A DNA stretch of 64,000 nucleotides from positions 153,183 through 217,182 of IMG/VR virus record IMGVR_UViG_3300046808_001241, one strand, 5' to 3'. Made by a program: the position numbers and the translations under genes. The notes under the pieces are model-generated. The model was given only the letters and a program-made list of their open reading frames with translations, did no database searches and was not told the origin of the DNA. This document shows, piece by piece, positions 47,778 through 57,104 of the stretch (position 1 is its first letter; each line of letters begins with the position of its first letter).

Positions 47778-47837
47778 ATGTTGCTGACCGATATACTACT
47801 AATCGTAATTGTTATTATTCTGCTCGTCCGTCGATGA
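47778..47837 (+). CDS. 19-aa hydrophobic micropeptide
   Basis: MLLTDILLIVIVIILLVRR; behind TTGACT-17-TATTAT; ATGA overlap with next gene. Confidence 0.45.
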   Translation: MLLTDILLIVIVIILLVRR

Positions 47838-48070
47838 AGGTCAAAGAACTCATTCAAAAGCTATCCAAATTCGATCCAGAAATGCGAGTGGTCGTTGATG
47901 GATACGAATGTGGCTATGACGAAGTTGATAAGATTAGAACAGTTCGCATTACTCCAAATCCTAAAGCAAAAGAAAAGGATTGGGAAGGAGAGTTCGAATT
48001 TGTTATTGACGGAGATAAGGAAGAGTCTCGACAACTAGAGCTTGCTTTGTATCTTCCGAGAAAATCATAA
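47834..48070 (+). CDS. Small conserved phage protein
   Basis: MKVKELIQKLSKFDPEMRVVVDGYE.GY. Confidence 0.75.
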   Translation: MKVKELIQKLSKFDPEMRVVVDGYECGYDEVDKIRTVRITPNPKAKEKDWEGEFEFVIDGDKEESRQLELALYLPRKS

Positions 48071-48165
48071 GTATGGAGATGTTGAGCTCCAAAACACTAT
48101 CCTTAATCATTGTTGTAGCTACATTCTTTTTAGTAGTGCTGTTTGATTTGCTTTGCCAATAAACG

Positions 48166-48197
48166 AAAAAGCTCCCAAGAGTTACCAAGGGAGCTTT
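48166..48197. terminator. Bidirectional terminator
   Basis: A5-GCTCCC...GGGAGC-TTT; related to 59614-59648. Confidence 0.7.
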
Positions 48198-48217
48198 AAC
48201 TTTAACAATAAACTGAA

Positions 48218-48532
48218 TTAGACTTCTTCAGAAGCTACTGGAATAAGAGCAGCTGCTTCTTCCATAGAAATGACTTCTACTTGCGAGAAGAGATCGGTAT
48301 CCAAGAGACCAAAGCCTTGAGCATAGAGACCTCCAGGTTGGATCTCAGTAAGAAGATCTGCGCAAAGCATAAATCGACCATCTGTAAGTTCTACTGGAGA
48401 AGCTTTATGCTTAGATTGAAAGGTTTCTTGAGTGGACTCTAGAATGTTTTTGAGAGAAGAATTAAGGATCAAAGCCAAAGACTTAAGTTCTTCGTATGAT
48501 TTGTTTTGTTGGATGAGTTCTTGTAAGTTCAT
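48218..48532 (-). CDS. Cassette 1 gene B (ASEEV family)
   Basis: ASPVELTDGRFMLCADLLTE; close paralog of 54080-54394. Confidence 0.8.
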   Translation of the reverse strand: MNLQELIQQNKSYEELKSLALILNSSLKNILESTQETFQSKHKASPVELTDGRFMLCADLLTEIQPGGLYAQGFGLLDTDLFSQVEVISMEEAAALIPVASEEV

Positions 48533-48543
48533 AATAAGAAAGA

Positions 48544-49371
48544 TTAGATTGCTGCTTGGATTGCTGTCATGAGGTTTGTTACTCTAGTGTCGAGGAGGGC
48601 GAGGTCGATGGACTCGCCGATGGAGTAAAAGGAGAGGCGGGAATTGCTGTATGTAGTAGCCCCGTTTGTTCGGTAAACAAAAATTTCTGCGGATAAAGGC
48701 TCAACAGAGGTTCTTGTTAGAGTGTGAGAGCCTTGTTTTGCTCTGAAAATATAATTTAAATTATTGTTTCGGCTTAGTCCTAAAAGACCAGTGGCATCCC
48801 CTTTTGATGAAATGGTATCATAGGTGGTGGCGGGGTTTCGGCTTCTCGTAGTCAGGTTTTGAGTTGCGGAGCTTCTGACAAAGTATGTCTGTCCGCTGTT
48901 TGAATTTCCTGCTCCAATATAGGCAGGCCCACCAATTGTTTGCGCGGTCGTTGCATAAACGCTTAAATGCTGGTTATCTTGCGGGTCGGCGTTGTTATTT
49001 CGCCGAGAGTTTAAATACTTAGTTGAGCCGTTTCCGATCAAACCTGTTTCTCGATTATAATCATCAGAAACAAAGTTAAAATTGGTAGGAGCAGCTCCAA
49101 CAAGAGGAACCAAAGCTCCGTTTAATGTCCTTGCTCCAGCAAGAATGCAAGATGCTTTTAAAGAGTTCCAAATACCATCAGACTTACATCCAATGATAAA
49201 AGAATCAATTGCTTGCTTAACAGGATCTTCCAAAGAAGCTCCGTCAGCAGCCTCTACTGCAGAGATATAAGCTGCAGCATTTGCATCAGATACCGAATAA
49301 CCAGCAGGACCGGTTTCAAATATAGTTTTACCTTGTATTTTTGTGTTACCTTGTAGTTTAATTAGTGCCAT
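48544..49371 (-). CDS. Cassette 1 gene A, putative virion accessory protein
   Basis: AYISAVEAADG...KASCILAGARTLNGALVPL; paralog of 54406-55218. Confidence 0.8.
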   Translation of the reverse strand: MALIKLQGNTKIQGKTIFETGPAGYSVSDANAAAYISAVEAADGASLEDPVKQAIDSFIIGCKSDGIWNSLKASCILAGARTLNGALVPLVGAAPTNFNFVSDDYNRETGLIGNGSTKYLNSRRNNNADPQDNQHLSVYATTAQTIGGPAYIGAGNSNSGQTYFVRSSATQNLTTRSRNPATTYDTISSKGDATGLLGLSRNNNLNYIFRAKQGSHTLTRTSVEPLSAEIFVYRTNGATTYSNSRLSFYSIGESIDLALLDTRVTNLMTAIQAAI

Positions 49372-49430
49372 ATGTGGGATTTATTTATCAAAAAAAACAA
49401 ATTTTCAAACCTTGCATAAATAATTTCCTC

Positions 49431-50417
49431 ATGAATATTTTAATTACTGGGGGATTAGGCTTTATTGGTTCAAATTTTATTGAGTTAATCATTAATAAAC
49501 CGGAAGTAACCTGTGTTGTTAATATTGATTGTCCTTCTAGGCTTTCCGCTGCAGCAGACACAGAAAACTGTAAACAATTTAAAGAAAATCCAAAATACCA
49601 ATTCCATGACATTTGGTTGGAGCACTTGGACGTAAAGTTAAACATTGATAGATTCAAACAAATTATCGAAACCAACGAGATTACACACATTGTTCACTTT
49701 GCCGCAGAATCGCATGTTGATAATTCCATAACAGGTCCCAGACAGTTTGTATTGTCAAACATTATGGGAACGTTTAATCTTTTAGAGCTTTGCAGACAGT
49801 TTTATCCAACGATTCGTTTCCATCACATTTCTACCGATGAAGTTTATGGAAGCTTAGGAGAATTTGGAGCATTCACAGAAGAAACTCCTTATGATCCTTC
49901 TTCCCCATATTCAGCTTCTAAGGCAGCTTCGGACCATCTTGTAAGAGCTTATTTTAGAACATACAAGCTCCCAGTTACTATTTCAAATTGTTCAAACAAC
50001 TATGGACCAAACCAACATTTGGAAAAGTTCATGCCAGTTGTTATTAGTTCCATTTTAAACAATAAAAAAATTCCTGTCTATGGAACTGGATCAAACGTTA
50101 GAGATTGGATATATGTCGAAGACCATTGTGAAGCAGTTTGGAATGTTCTAATCAAAGGCAAACTTGGAGAATCATATAACATTGGAGGAAATTGTGAAAA
50201 ACAAAACCTAGAAATTATTACTGAAATATGCAAGCAAATGGATAAAGATCCGAATGACTTTATCGTATTTGTAGAAGACAGAAAAGGTCATGATTACAGA
50301 TATGCCATTGACAATATCAAATATTTGAGTACTATTGGAGAGAAACCAAAAACATCTTTTGAAGAAGGTGTTCAAAAAACAATTCAATATTATGAAAACC
50401 GAATACTACACACCTGA
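49431..50417 (+). CDS. rfbB: dTDP-glucose 4,6-dehydratase
   Basis: ILITGGLGFIGSNF, HFAAESHVD, STDEVYG, YSASK, NNYGP, RDWIYVEDH; start reassigned to 49431. Confidence 0.92.
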   Translation: MNILITGGLGFIGSNFIELIINKPEVTCVVNIDCPSRLSAAADTENCKQFKENPKYQFHDIWLEHLDVKLNIDRFKQIIETNEITHIVHFAAESHVDNSITGPRQFVLSNIMGTFNLLELCRQFYPTIRFHHISTDEVYGSLGEFGAFTEETPYDPSSPYSASKAASDHLVRAYFRTYKLPVTISNCSNNYGPNQHLEKFMPVVISSILNNKKIPVYGTGSNVRDWIYVEDHCEAVWNVLIKGKLGESYNIGGNCEKQNLEIITEICKQMDKDPNDFIVFVEDRKGHDYRYAIDNIKYLSTIGEKPKTSFEEGVQKTIQYYENRILHT

Positions 50418-50649
50418 TGGCCAACATCCCGATGATGCTATTGCGAACGTAAAAAACTTCATTAACGAACTATCAAACGTTCAAGAACAATACTTCAACA
50501 AGCTTGTAGAGGATTTGCGATTGACAGATGAAGGAGCTGATTGGTTGTTTGATTACATCTACAACTCCGGAGAAGATGGCAAGTATCTGACCTTTGAAGA
50601 GCATATGTCATTTTACAAGAAGACCTACGACGAGCTCGTTGAACAATGA
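50392..50649 (+). CDS. Small hypothetical protein
   Basis: MKTEYYTPDG...; phage-like codon usage. Confidence 0.65.
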   Translation: MKTEYYTPDGQHPDDAIANVKNFINELSNVQEQYFNKLVEDLRLTDEGADWLFDYIYNSGEDGKYLTFEEHMSFYKKTYDELVEQ

Positions 50650-50801
50650 AACGAGAACTCCTCAAACAAAAGATCCAAATGCTTAAACAGGATTTAGCAA
50701 TGATAACAGAAGATTCCATTGCTTTTGAGAATCTTAAGATGGAGTTGAACTATTACGAAAATCAGCTAAGGTTGATGGATGAAGCTGCTAAAAACATTTA
50801 G
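50646..50801 (+). CDS. Small coiled-coil protein (not in track)
   Basis: MKRELLKQKIQMLKQDL..., 51 aa, ATGA overlap. Confidence 0.55.
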   Translation: MKRELLKQKIQMLKQDLAMITEDSIAFENLKMELNYYENQLRLMDEAAKNI

Positions 50802-51339
50802 AGAATACATTTATAGAAAGTATCACATTTGGGACGCTTTGGACTTGCTTCCTTATCGTTTCCGAATGTATTATTACGATCACTTTAAGCCAATCTTTTT
50901 TCCAAAACACAAAAAGGTTCGTGCTGCTGTTCCCAGGACTTGGGCAGATATTACTTCAATGATTGTTGATGTAAACTTTGCAATGATTAAAGAATTTTAT
51001 GAGGATGAATATCTTGATGGAATGGTTGATTGGGAAGGCTCCAGTGAGGGTCATAAGAAGTTCGAACAATGGCTGAAAGAAGCTTATGTGTATGCAGCTC
51101 ATAAACGTCCTTCATTAGAAGCAGAACGAGACAATTCTTATCCTCCATCAAGACCTTTTGATGAATGGTTCGAAGAAAAGACTGATGAGAAAGGAAGAAG
51201 AGTCCTTCAAATGAAAGACGATGGAGTTCCTTATGAAGTAAAGTATAAAGATGTCATTCGTCTCGACAAAAAAATTGAAGAGAACGATACAAAGTTTCTC
51301 AAAGAAATGATTGAATATAGGGAGTACTTTTGGACATGA
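50779..51339 (+). CDS. Hypothetical protein
   Basis: 186 aa ORF in co-oriented cluster. Confidence 0.75.
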   Translation: MKLLKTFREYIYRKYHIWDALDLLPYRFRMYYYDHFKPIFFPKHKKVRAAVPRTWADITSMIVDVNFAMIKEFYEDEYLDGMVDWEGSSEGHKKFEQWLKEAYVYAAHKRPSLEAERDNSYPPSRPFDEWFEEKTDEKGRRVLQMKDDGVPYEVKYKDVIRLDKKIEENDTKFLKEMIEYREYFWT

Positions 51340-51569
51340 AAATTTTTAAAGACTGGAAAGAGAATGACATTGCATCGTTTGTAATGTTTCTTGCAAAAGA
51401 AGCACAAAGACAAAAGAGAAGGATGAGGTATTATCATCAACGTTTCATGAAAGACGGAGAAGTCAATTCAATGAACATATATCAAATTCAACAAGGACAA
51501 GCTGTAGAAGCTGATACGTTGTTTATTATTGCCAAAGAACATTTTAATTTTGGTAAAAGGAAGTCCTAA
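51330..51569 (+). CDS. Small hypothetical protein
   Basis: ORF in co-oriented cluster. Confidence 0.6.
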   Translation: MDMKIFKDWKENDIASFVMFLAKEAQRQKRRMRYYHQRFMKDGEVNSMNIYQIQQGQAVEADTLFIIAKEHFNFGKRKS

Positions 51570-51651
51570 TTATATGAATGGGATTTCTGATCGATTTTTT
51601 GATATATCTGTTGTTTCTTAGTTGACCCGTCCTTCTTAAGAGGAGATCGTA

Positions 51652-51915
51652 TTGTTAATGGAAGAACACAAACCTCTAAAAGTTGATGGGTTCGATGACT
51701 GCATTGTTGGTCTTGTTGAACGATTTGGAATGGATCCAGTCTTTTGTTATGACAAGCAGAAGATCGTCGCGAAGATTATGACAGAGGAAGGTATTCATTT
51801 CGAGCAAGCTATCGAGCACTTTGAGTACAACATCGTCGGTTCATGGGTTGGTAAAGGCACACCTTGCTTTTTGACAAGACATATTGATTGTTGCCTTGTC
51901 CATCACGAGGACTGA
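51652..51915 (+). CDS. Conserved small phage protein
   Basis: DGFDDCIVG...FEYNIVGSWVGKGTPCF. Confidence 0.75.
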   Translation: MLMEEHKPLKVDGFDDCIVGLVERFGMDPVFCYDKQKIVAKIMTEEGIHFEQAIEHFEYNIVGSWVGKGTPCFLTRHIDCCLVHHED

Positions 51916-51926
51916 TAGTATCCATA

Positions 51927-52259
51927 ATGAAGGCTAAGAAAGATGAATTTGTATATTTGGTTTACTGCAACAAGGAACCGATTGTTTATGGATGCTATAA
52001 ATCAAAGCATGATGCTGTGCGCTATGCTGTTACTCTAATTCGCTACAGAAAGAATTTAGCAAAAGAACGGAATCAGACGTTTGGTTATTATCATTTTTTG
52101 CCTTTGTTGCAACCATCTCAAATTAAGTGGATGAATGATCCAGATAGTCCATGCTACAGTGATTTGTTAATCTTTTCAGCTTGTCTAATGGGAGAAAAGA
52201 AAGAGGAATGGAGTGACGATGGTTGTCAGGTTAAAGTAGTGAGAAGGATTTTGAGTTGA
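51927..52259 (+). CDS. Hypothetical protein
   Basis: Start at MKAKK, 7 nt after TTGCCT-17-GATAGT. Confidence 0.7.
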   Translation: MKAKKDEFVYLVYCNKEPIVYGCYKSKHDAVRYAVTLIRYRKNLAKERNQTFGYYHFLPLLQPSQIKWMNDPDSPCYSDLLIFSACLMGEKKEEWSDDGCQVKVVRRILS

Positions 52260-52290
52260 CCAGTCCGCTTAGTTGAAGGAATATATCAAT

Positions 52291-52554
52291 ATGAGAAACA
52301 AATTAACTACTGAGACTTTTTTAGATAAAGCATTCGATAAACTATTTCAAGCTGTTGGTTTTGAGAAATGGGATAGAGAGTTTACAAAGCAAGACAGTTG
52401 GTATATGCAAAAGACTTGGACCACTGATCAATCAAATGAATATAAGAAGTGGTTTCTTACAGAAGTTAAAAAAGATTTGAAGCTTAAAAAAACTCAAGCT
52501 GAAAAAGAATGGAATTGGTTCAACCTTATGTGGGGTTGGAAAGAACAAAATTGA
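52291..52554 (+). CDS. Hypothetical Trp-rich protein
   Basis: Start at MRNKL, 6 nt after TTGACC-17-GAATAT. Confidence 0.7.
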   Translation: MRNKLTTETFLDKAFDKLFQAVGFEKWDREFTKQDSWYMQKTWTTDQSNEYKKWFLTEVKKDLKLKKTQAEKEWNWFNLMWGWKEQN

Positions 52555-52556
52555 TT

Positions 52557-52823
52557 ATGTTAAAATTTATCAAATCCCTTTATAAACGTTATAGAAATCG
52601 TTCTGTAATGAAAGAATATCTCGAGGAGCTTAAAAAGGATAACTCCTTTTATTACACGGATGAAGATGCTTTCTATGAACTTGAAAAAAGACTACAACAT
52701 TTTGAAGTAGGACGGAATACAAACTCATTTGTTGTTGATCTTCCAGAAGAAATACCTGAATCGATTGTTGGCGATGATAAAGCAAGCTTTGTGTCATACA
52801 ACGGAGTTCGGTATCACAAATAA
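52557..52823 (+). CDS. Hypothetical protein
   Basis: MLKFIKSL... Confidence 0.6.
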   Translation: MLKFIKSLYKRYRNRSVMKEYLEELKKDNSFYYTDEDAFYELEKRLQHFEVGRNTNSFVVDLPEEIPESIVGDDKASFVSYNGVRYHK

Positions 52824-52830
52824 AACTAAT

Positions 52831-53085
52831 ATGTACTGTAAAAATTGTGCCGATCAAATCGAACCAGAGCGTCTCGAAATTCTACCAGCAACTGTCTTTT
52901 GTTCAAGCTGTGCCAGGACTTTGAATGTGGTCAAACCTCGAAAAGGAATTATGGTTTGGCATTCGAAAGATTGTGCTGAATTGCAAACAATGTCTGCAGA
53001 TTATTTTGAGAAAAATCGAGACTACTTTACTCCCAATGGAACCAGGAGTGTAATGAAAACCTTTTTTTCGAAAGAAACTTACTAA
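52831..53085 (+). CDS. DksA/TraR-type C4 zinc finger protein
   Basis: MYCKNCADQIEPERLEILPATVFCSSCA. Confidence 0.8.
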   Translation: MYCKNCADQIEPERLEILPATVFCSSCARTLNVVKPRKGIMVWHSKDCAELQTMSADYFEKNRDYFTPNGTRSVMKTFFSKETY

Positions 53086-53089
53086 AACT

Positions 53090-53257
53090 ATGAAAGAAAA
53101 ACACTACATCAAGCAACTGGAAGACAAAGCGTTTGAGTTAGTTCAAATGCTAACTGATAATTCATTGTATAGTTTTTTGTCAGATAGGGAACGCAAGCAA
53201 GTGGGTCAGATTCTTCGAGACATTAGCCAAGCAAAGACCGAATATCAGACTGCTTAA
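53090..53257 (+). CDS. Small hypothetical protein (not in track)
   Basis: MKEKHYIKQLEDKAF..., 55 aa, fills the gap. Confidence 0.55.
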   Translation: MKEKHYIKQLEDKAFELVQMLTDNSLYSFLSDRERKQVGQILRDISQAKTEYQTA

Positions 53258-53273
53258 ATGATTAAGTAAGTGA

Positions 53274-53672
53274 ATGAAGTCAAAAGACCAAATTCTTTTA
53301 GAAAATGCATACGCTCGTACCTATGGAATCAGAAATGTAAAAGATTCTGAAGTAGAGCAAATGATTGAAGCTCTTAATAAGATTCAATCTCAAGTAAGTG
53401 TTATGCATCATGGTCAACTTACAAATCTTAAACAACATCTCGAGAGTGTTGTTGGTAAGATCGACAGTCGTCTGACTTCAAGCAAGACAACAAAAGATCT
53501 TGCAGACAAACATGGAGTTTCTGTTGAAGAGATCGAAGCCCAACTCGAAAAGGGAGTTAAGGTTGAGATGGAGCATACAAAGAACACAGACTCTGCTCGT
53601 AAGATTGCTCTTGATCATCTTGCAGAAGTTCCAAACTATTACGACAAGCTTGCTCAAGTAGAAGCAAAGTAA
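53274..53672 (+). CDS. DUF5661-like protein
   Basis: QLEKGVKVEMEHT...KIALDHLAEVPNYYDKL. Confidence 0.75.
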   Translation: MKSKDQILLENAYARTYGIRNVKDSEVEQMIEALNKIQSQVSVMHHGQLTNLKQHLESVVGKIDSRLTSSKTTKDLADKHGVSVEEIEAQLEKGVKVEMEHTKNTDSARKIALDHLAEVPNYYDKLAQVEAK

Positions 53673-53673
53673 T

Positions 53674-54036
53674 ATGAAATTTGATTTGCTTGTTGAATCG
53701 TTCCTTAAGGGAGTCAAAGACGATCCAGAAGATCTCAAACTTTTTATTGAAAAGCGTTCAGCAGGAGCAAAGAAGATTGCAGAATCCACAGAGAAGAAAG
53801 GAAAGTATGCAACGCTTACTGCTATTCACTTTAAAGCAAAAGAGATTCCTTATAACCAAGCTTTAAAGCATTGGAATGATGAAGATTCAAAGTTTATTGA
53901 ACAGAAATCAGACGAATGCTTTGATAAGCTAAAGAATTGGAAAAATATGTCTCAGCGAGAGTTTCAGCATGTGATGGGACAGCTAGAAGCTTACGGAGAG
54001 GTTTTCATCCGTTCCGTCGAGACTAAACAAAAATAA
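53674..54036 (+). CDS. Hypothetical protein, possibly head-packaged
   Basis: N-terminus MKFDLLVE. Confidence 0.7.
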   Translation: MKFDLLVESFLKGVKDDPEDLKLFIEKRSAGAKKIAESTEKKGKYATLTAIHFKAKEIPYNQALKHWNDEDSKFIEQKSDECFDKLKNWKNMSQREFQHVMGQLEAYGEVFIRSVETKQK

Positions 54037-54063
54037 AAAAAAGCCCTCCGAAGAGGGCTTCTT
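54036..54063. terminator. Bidirectional terminator
   Basis: A-run, AAGCCCTC CGAA GAGGGCTT, cttt. Confidence 0.75.
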
Positions 54064-54079
54064 TATCTAGCACTAATTG

Positions 54080-54394
54080 TTAGACTTCTTCAGAAGCTAC
54101 TGGTAGAAGAGCAGAAGCTTCTTCCATTGTAATAACAGATACTTGTGTAAAGAGGTCTGTGTCAAGGAGACCAAACCCTTGAGCGTAGAGCCCCTTTTGT
54201 CCAATTTCTGTTAAGAGATCTGCGCAGAGCATGTAAGAGCCATCGGTAAGCTCTACTGGAGATGCCTTATGCTTTGATTCAAGAGTAGCTTGAGTTGATT
54301 CCAAGATGTTTTTAAGATTTACATCAAAGACTAAAGCTAGATCTTTAAGCTCTTCGTATGATTTATTTTGTTGAATGAGTTCGAGTAGGTTCAT
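54080..54394 (-). CDS. Cassette 2 gene B (ASEEV family)
   Basis: Close paralog of 48218-48532. Confidence 0.8.
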   Translation of the reverse strand: MNLLELIQQNKSYEELKDLALVFDVNLKNILESTQATLESKHKASPVELTDGSYMLCADLLTEIGQKGLYAQGFGLLDTDLFTQVSVITMEEASALLPVASEEV

Positions 54395-54405
54395 AGTATT
54401 AAAGA

Positions 54406-55218
54406 TTAGATTGCGGCTGCGAGGGCGGTCATGAGGTCAGAGACGCGGGTGTCAAGGAGCGCAAGGTTAAGGGATTCGCCGATGGAGTAAAAGTTTAAAC
54501 GACTGTTGGTTGGGCCGTTTAACGCTCCATTATATGATCTAGCAAAAACAAATAAATTGGTGGAAGACGGAGCCGAGCTTGCCGCGGCGCTAGTCCCCGT
54601 GCTTTTTAGATATCTCATTTGTGTAGTTGTTGGTCCAGATCTGGAAGCACCAATAAAACCAACAGGATAATTTCCAACATTTACTGCTTGCCAACTAGCC
54701 GCACGTACTATAAAACCTGTATTTGCAATGATGTGAGAAGTAGAACCTCCGCTAGCGACACTTGCACCAAATAGATACCCATCTGTTCCAACAATGCTAG
54801 TCGAGTGTTTATTTACAGCCATATGAAAATTGTCTTGTGGATCGGCGTTGTTTGCTCTGTTAGAATTTAAATATTTCGTTGAACCATTGCCTTTAAGTCC
54901 TGTCTCGCGGTTATAATCTGCGGAGACAAAATTAAAATTGGTTGGGGCAGTTCCAACAAGAGGAACCAAAGCTCCATTCAATGTCCTTGCTCCAGCAAGA
55001 ATACAAGAAGCTTTTAAAGAGTTCCAAATACCATCAGACTTACATCCGACAATAAAGTTTTCAATAGCAATCTTAACAGGATCTTCAAGAGTAGCTCCAT
55101 CAGCAGCCTCTACTGCAGAGATATAAGCTGCAGCGTTTGCATCGGATACCGAATAACCAGTATCGAAAATAGTTTTACCTTGAATGTTTGTTTTACCGAG
55201 TAGTTTGATCATTGACAT
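54406..55218 (-). CDS. Cassette 2 gene A
   Basis: Paralog of 48544-49371; start reassigned to MSMIKL. Confidence 0.8.
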   Translation of the reverse strand: MSMIKLLGKTNIQGKTIFDTGYSVSDANAAAYISAVEAADGATLEDPVKIAIENFIVGCKSDGIWNSLKASCILAGARTLNGALVPLVGTAPTNFNFVSADYNRETGLKGNGSTKYLNSNRANNADPQDNFHMAVNKHSTSIVGTDGYLFGASVASGGSTSHIIANTGFIVRAASWQAVNVGNYPVGFIGASRSGPTTTQMRYLKSTGTSAAASSAPSSTNLFVFARSYNGALNGPTNSRLNFYSIGESLNLALLDTRVSDLMTALAAAI

Positions 55219-55251
55219 ATGGGACTTATTTATCAAAAAAAAACAAATTTT

Positions 55252-56145
55252 CTAACCTCTTACGAAAAATTCTTTAAAACTTTCAGAGGTTTGTGTGCGA
55301 GCTCGTAAACTAGCCATTGTATCTTTGGGTCCCAGCATCTTTTGAGCGGTAAGTTGAGAACCTTTCAATACTTCATCAGAGATTCCATACTTCTTTGGAT
55401 CCAAGCCATGTTTCGTTAACAGTTTCTTTAGCTGCACTCGAATCTTTTCTTTGTCTGGTCCAGTTGACATATGAAGTTGTTTGATCAGCTCCACGATTTC
55501 CTTTTCATGTGGTTGGAGTTCTTTTACCTCTGCAGTCGAAGATGCTTTGTAGTAACCATCTTCTAACGGACTTTCGATAAGAATGTCATCTTCTGGAACG
55601 TTTGGATAAACATGCTTGGCAAATGGAATGATATATTTGTCTAATATTTCTTGTTGAGTATCCCAAATGGAAACGACGACATTGTTCTTGATCTTCCACA
55701 TTCTTCCGAGCTTGTAGTGATCTGCAGTTTCGATATTATATTTCGTATAGACCGTGAAGTTTGGATACTTCTTTTCTAGTTGTTCGAAGTAGCTGTCCAA
55801 GTCTTTATCTGGAGAGAAGAACCGAACTCCGAGTTCTTTCAAGCTATTATAATCAAATTCAAGATGACCCAAGAGTTCAAAGAAGTTTGTGTGAGAAGTA
55901 GCGTGCTCCCCTTCTTCTCCAATGTCTTTAGAAACAACGCACAGGCCAAGCTTTGAATCAAACGAATTGATTTCGTCCTTATCTTTGTTCCATGGATTTA
56001 AATGATCAGGAACAATAAGAAGTTCATCAACAATGAATGTGATTGGATTTCCTTCCTGTTCATCATAGGCATAGTATTCATCTTCGAACTTAATAGTGTC
56101 CGGAGATTCGAACAATACATTCCTAACAATCTGGTTAAAATCCAT
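55252..56145 (-). CDS. Hypothetical acidic protein, possibly head-packaged
   Basis: Start MDFNQIVRNVLFE, 5 nt after TATAAATA. Confidence 0.75.
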   Translation of the reverse strand: MDFNQIVRNVLFESPDTIKFEDEYYAYDEQEGNPITFIVDELLIVPDHLNPWNKDKDEINSFDSKLGLCVVSKDIGEEGEHATSHTNFFELLGHLEFDYNSLKELGVRFFSPDKDLDSYFEQLEKKYPNFTVYTKYNIETADHYKLGRMWKIKNNVVVSIWDTQQEILDKYIIPFAKHVYPNVPEDDILIESPLEDGYYKASSTAEVKELQPHEKEIVELIKQLHMSTGPDKEKIRVQLKKLLTKHGLDPKKYGISDEVLKGSQLTAQKMLGPKDTMASLRARTQTSESFKEFFVRG

Positions 56146-56167
56146 AGGATTATTTATAAGTACTTGG
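56146..56167. promoter_or_regulatory. 22-bp bidirectional late promoter
   Basis: CAT-aggat-TATTTATAAGTA-cttgg-GTG: TATAAATA (-) and TATAAGTA (+) share a central TATA. Confidence 0.7.
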
Positions 56168-57064
56168 GTGAAGTTCGACCAGTTCAGTACAATTATATTA
56201 GAAGCTAAGTTCCGACAAAGTTCTAAGCAATTGGTGGAACAGGTCAAGAAGATTGCTTCCATCTATTTTAATCGATATAATTCAAATAACGTTAATATAA
56301 AAGAACTGATTGAGCAGGATAAAATCGCTTCATTCAAGGACAACAAGCATTACAAAGAGTACTTTGATTACTTTGAGCTTAAGAAGATGCCGAAGTACTT
56401 TACTCCTTCGGATAATTTATTAGCAACTGTGACAATAACTGACTTGGAAACAAAGGAACCCAAGAAAATTGATGTTTATTGCATATATGGAGACATTGGA
56501 GATACTGACTATGCAGCTTATGGACATGAATATAATTCAATCAATATCTATGACAATAACATAAAAGGTCTTTCCGAACGTCTTGTTCAATCAAAGATCC
56601 TTCATGAACTCACACATGGGTTTCAACAACATAAAGAGCAAACAAAGAAGTTCCAACAAATGATTGGAAAGGATAAAGTATTTGATTGGGAAACGTACTT
56701 TAAAGAACCAATCGAGTTTGACGCCCATCTGAACGAAATTGCATACAATATCAATCAAAAGCACAGAGAGTTCTTGAAGGGTATCATGGCAACAAAAGAA
56801 CTTCCAATCAAAAAATTGCTGAAGATGAGACTGGAAACGTTCATGAAAGAATTGAAAGTCTTTATTCAGGCTCCGCTTGAAGCATATACAGAACTGAAAG
56901 AACTTCCTTTACCGAAGTGGACCGAATCATTCCAAGACTTTATTTCTACAATTAAGACCAACAAGAAGCTTTGGAATAAATTTAAGTTAAAGCTCCAGAA
57001 CCTTTATAATGATTTAGAAAAGAAGAGTGTTAGAATCATGCAGAGAAATTCCCTTATAAGCTGA
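56168..57064 (+). CDS. HExxH zinc metallopeptidase-like protein
   Basis: ILHELTHGFQ followed by Y...P.EFDAH; GTG start (MKFDQFSTIILE). Confidence 0.7.
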   Translation: MKFDQFSTIILEAKFRQSSKQLVEQVKKIASIYFNRYNSNNVNIKELIEQDKIASFKDNKHYKEYFDYFELKKMPKYFTPSDNLLATVTITDLETKEPKKIDVYCIYGDIGDTDYAAYGHEYNSINIYDNNIKGLSERLVQSKILHELTHGFQQHKEQTKKFQQMIGKDKVFDWETYFKEPIEFDAHLNEIAYNINQKHREFLKGIMATKELPIKKLLKMRLETFMKELKVFIQAPLEAYTELKELPLPKWTESFQDFISTIKTNKKLWNKFKLKLQNLYNDLEKKSVRIMQRNSLIS

Positions 57065-57104
57065 ATAATCTGCTTGATTGTTGTCTGGATTCATAAGTAA
57101 TAGA

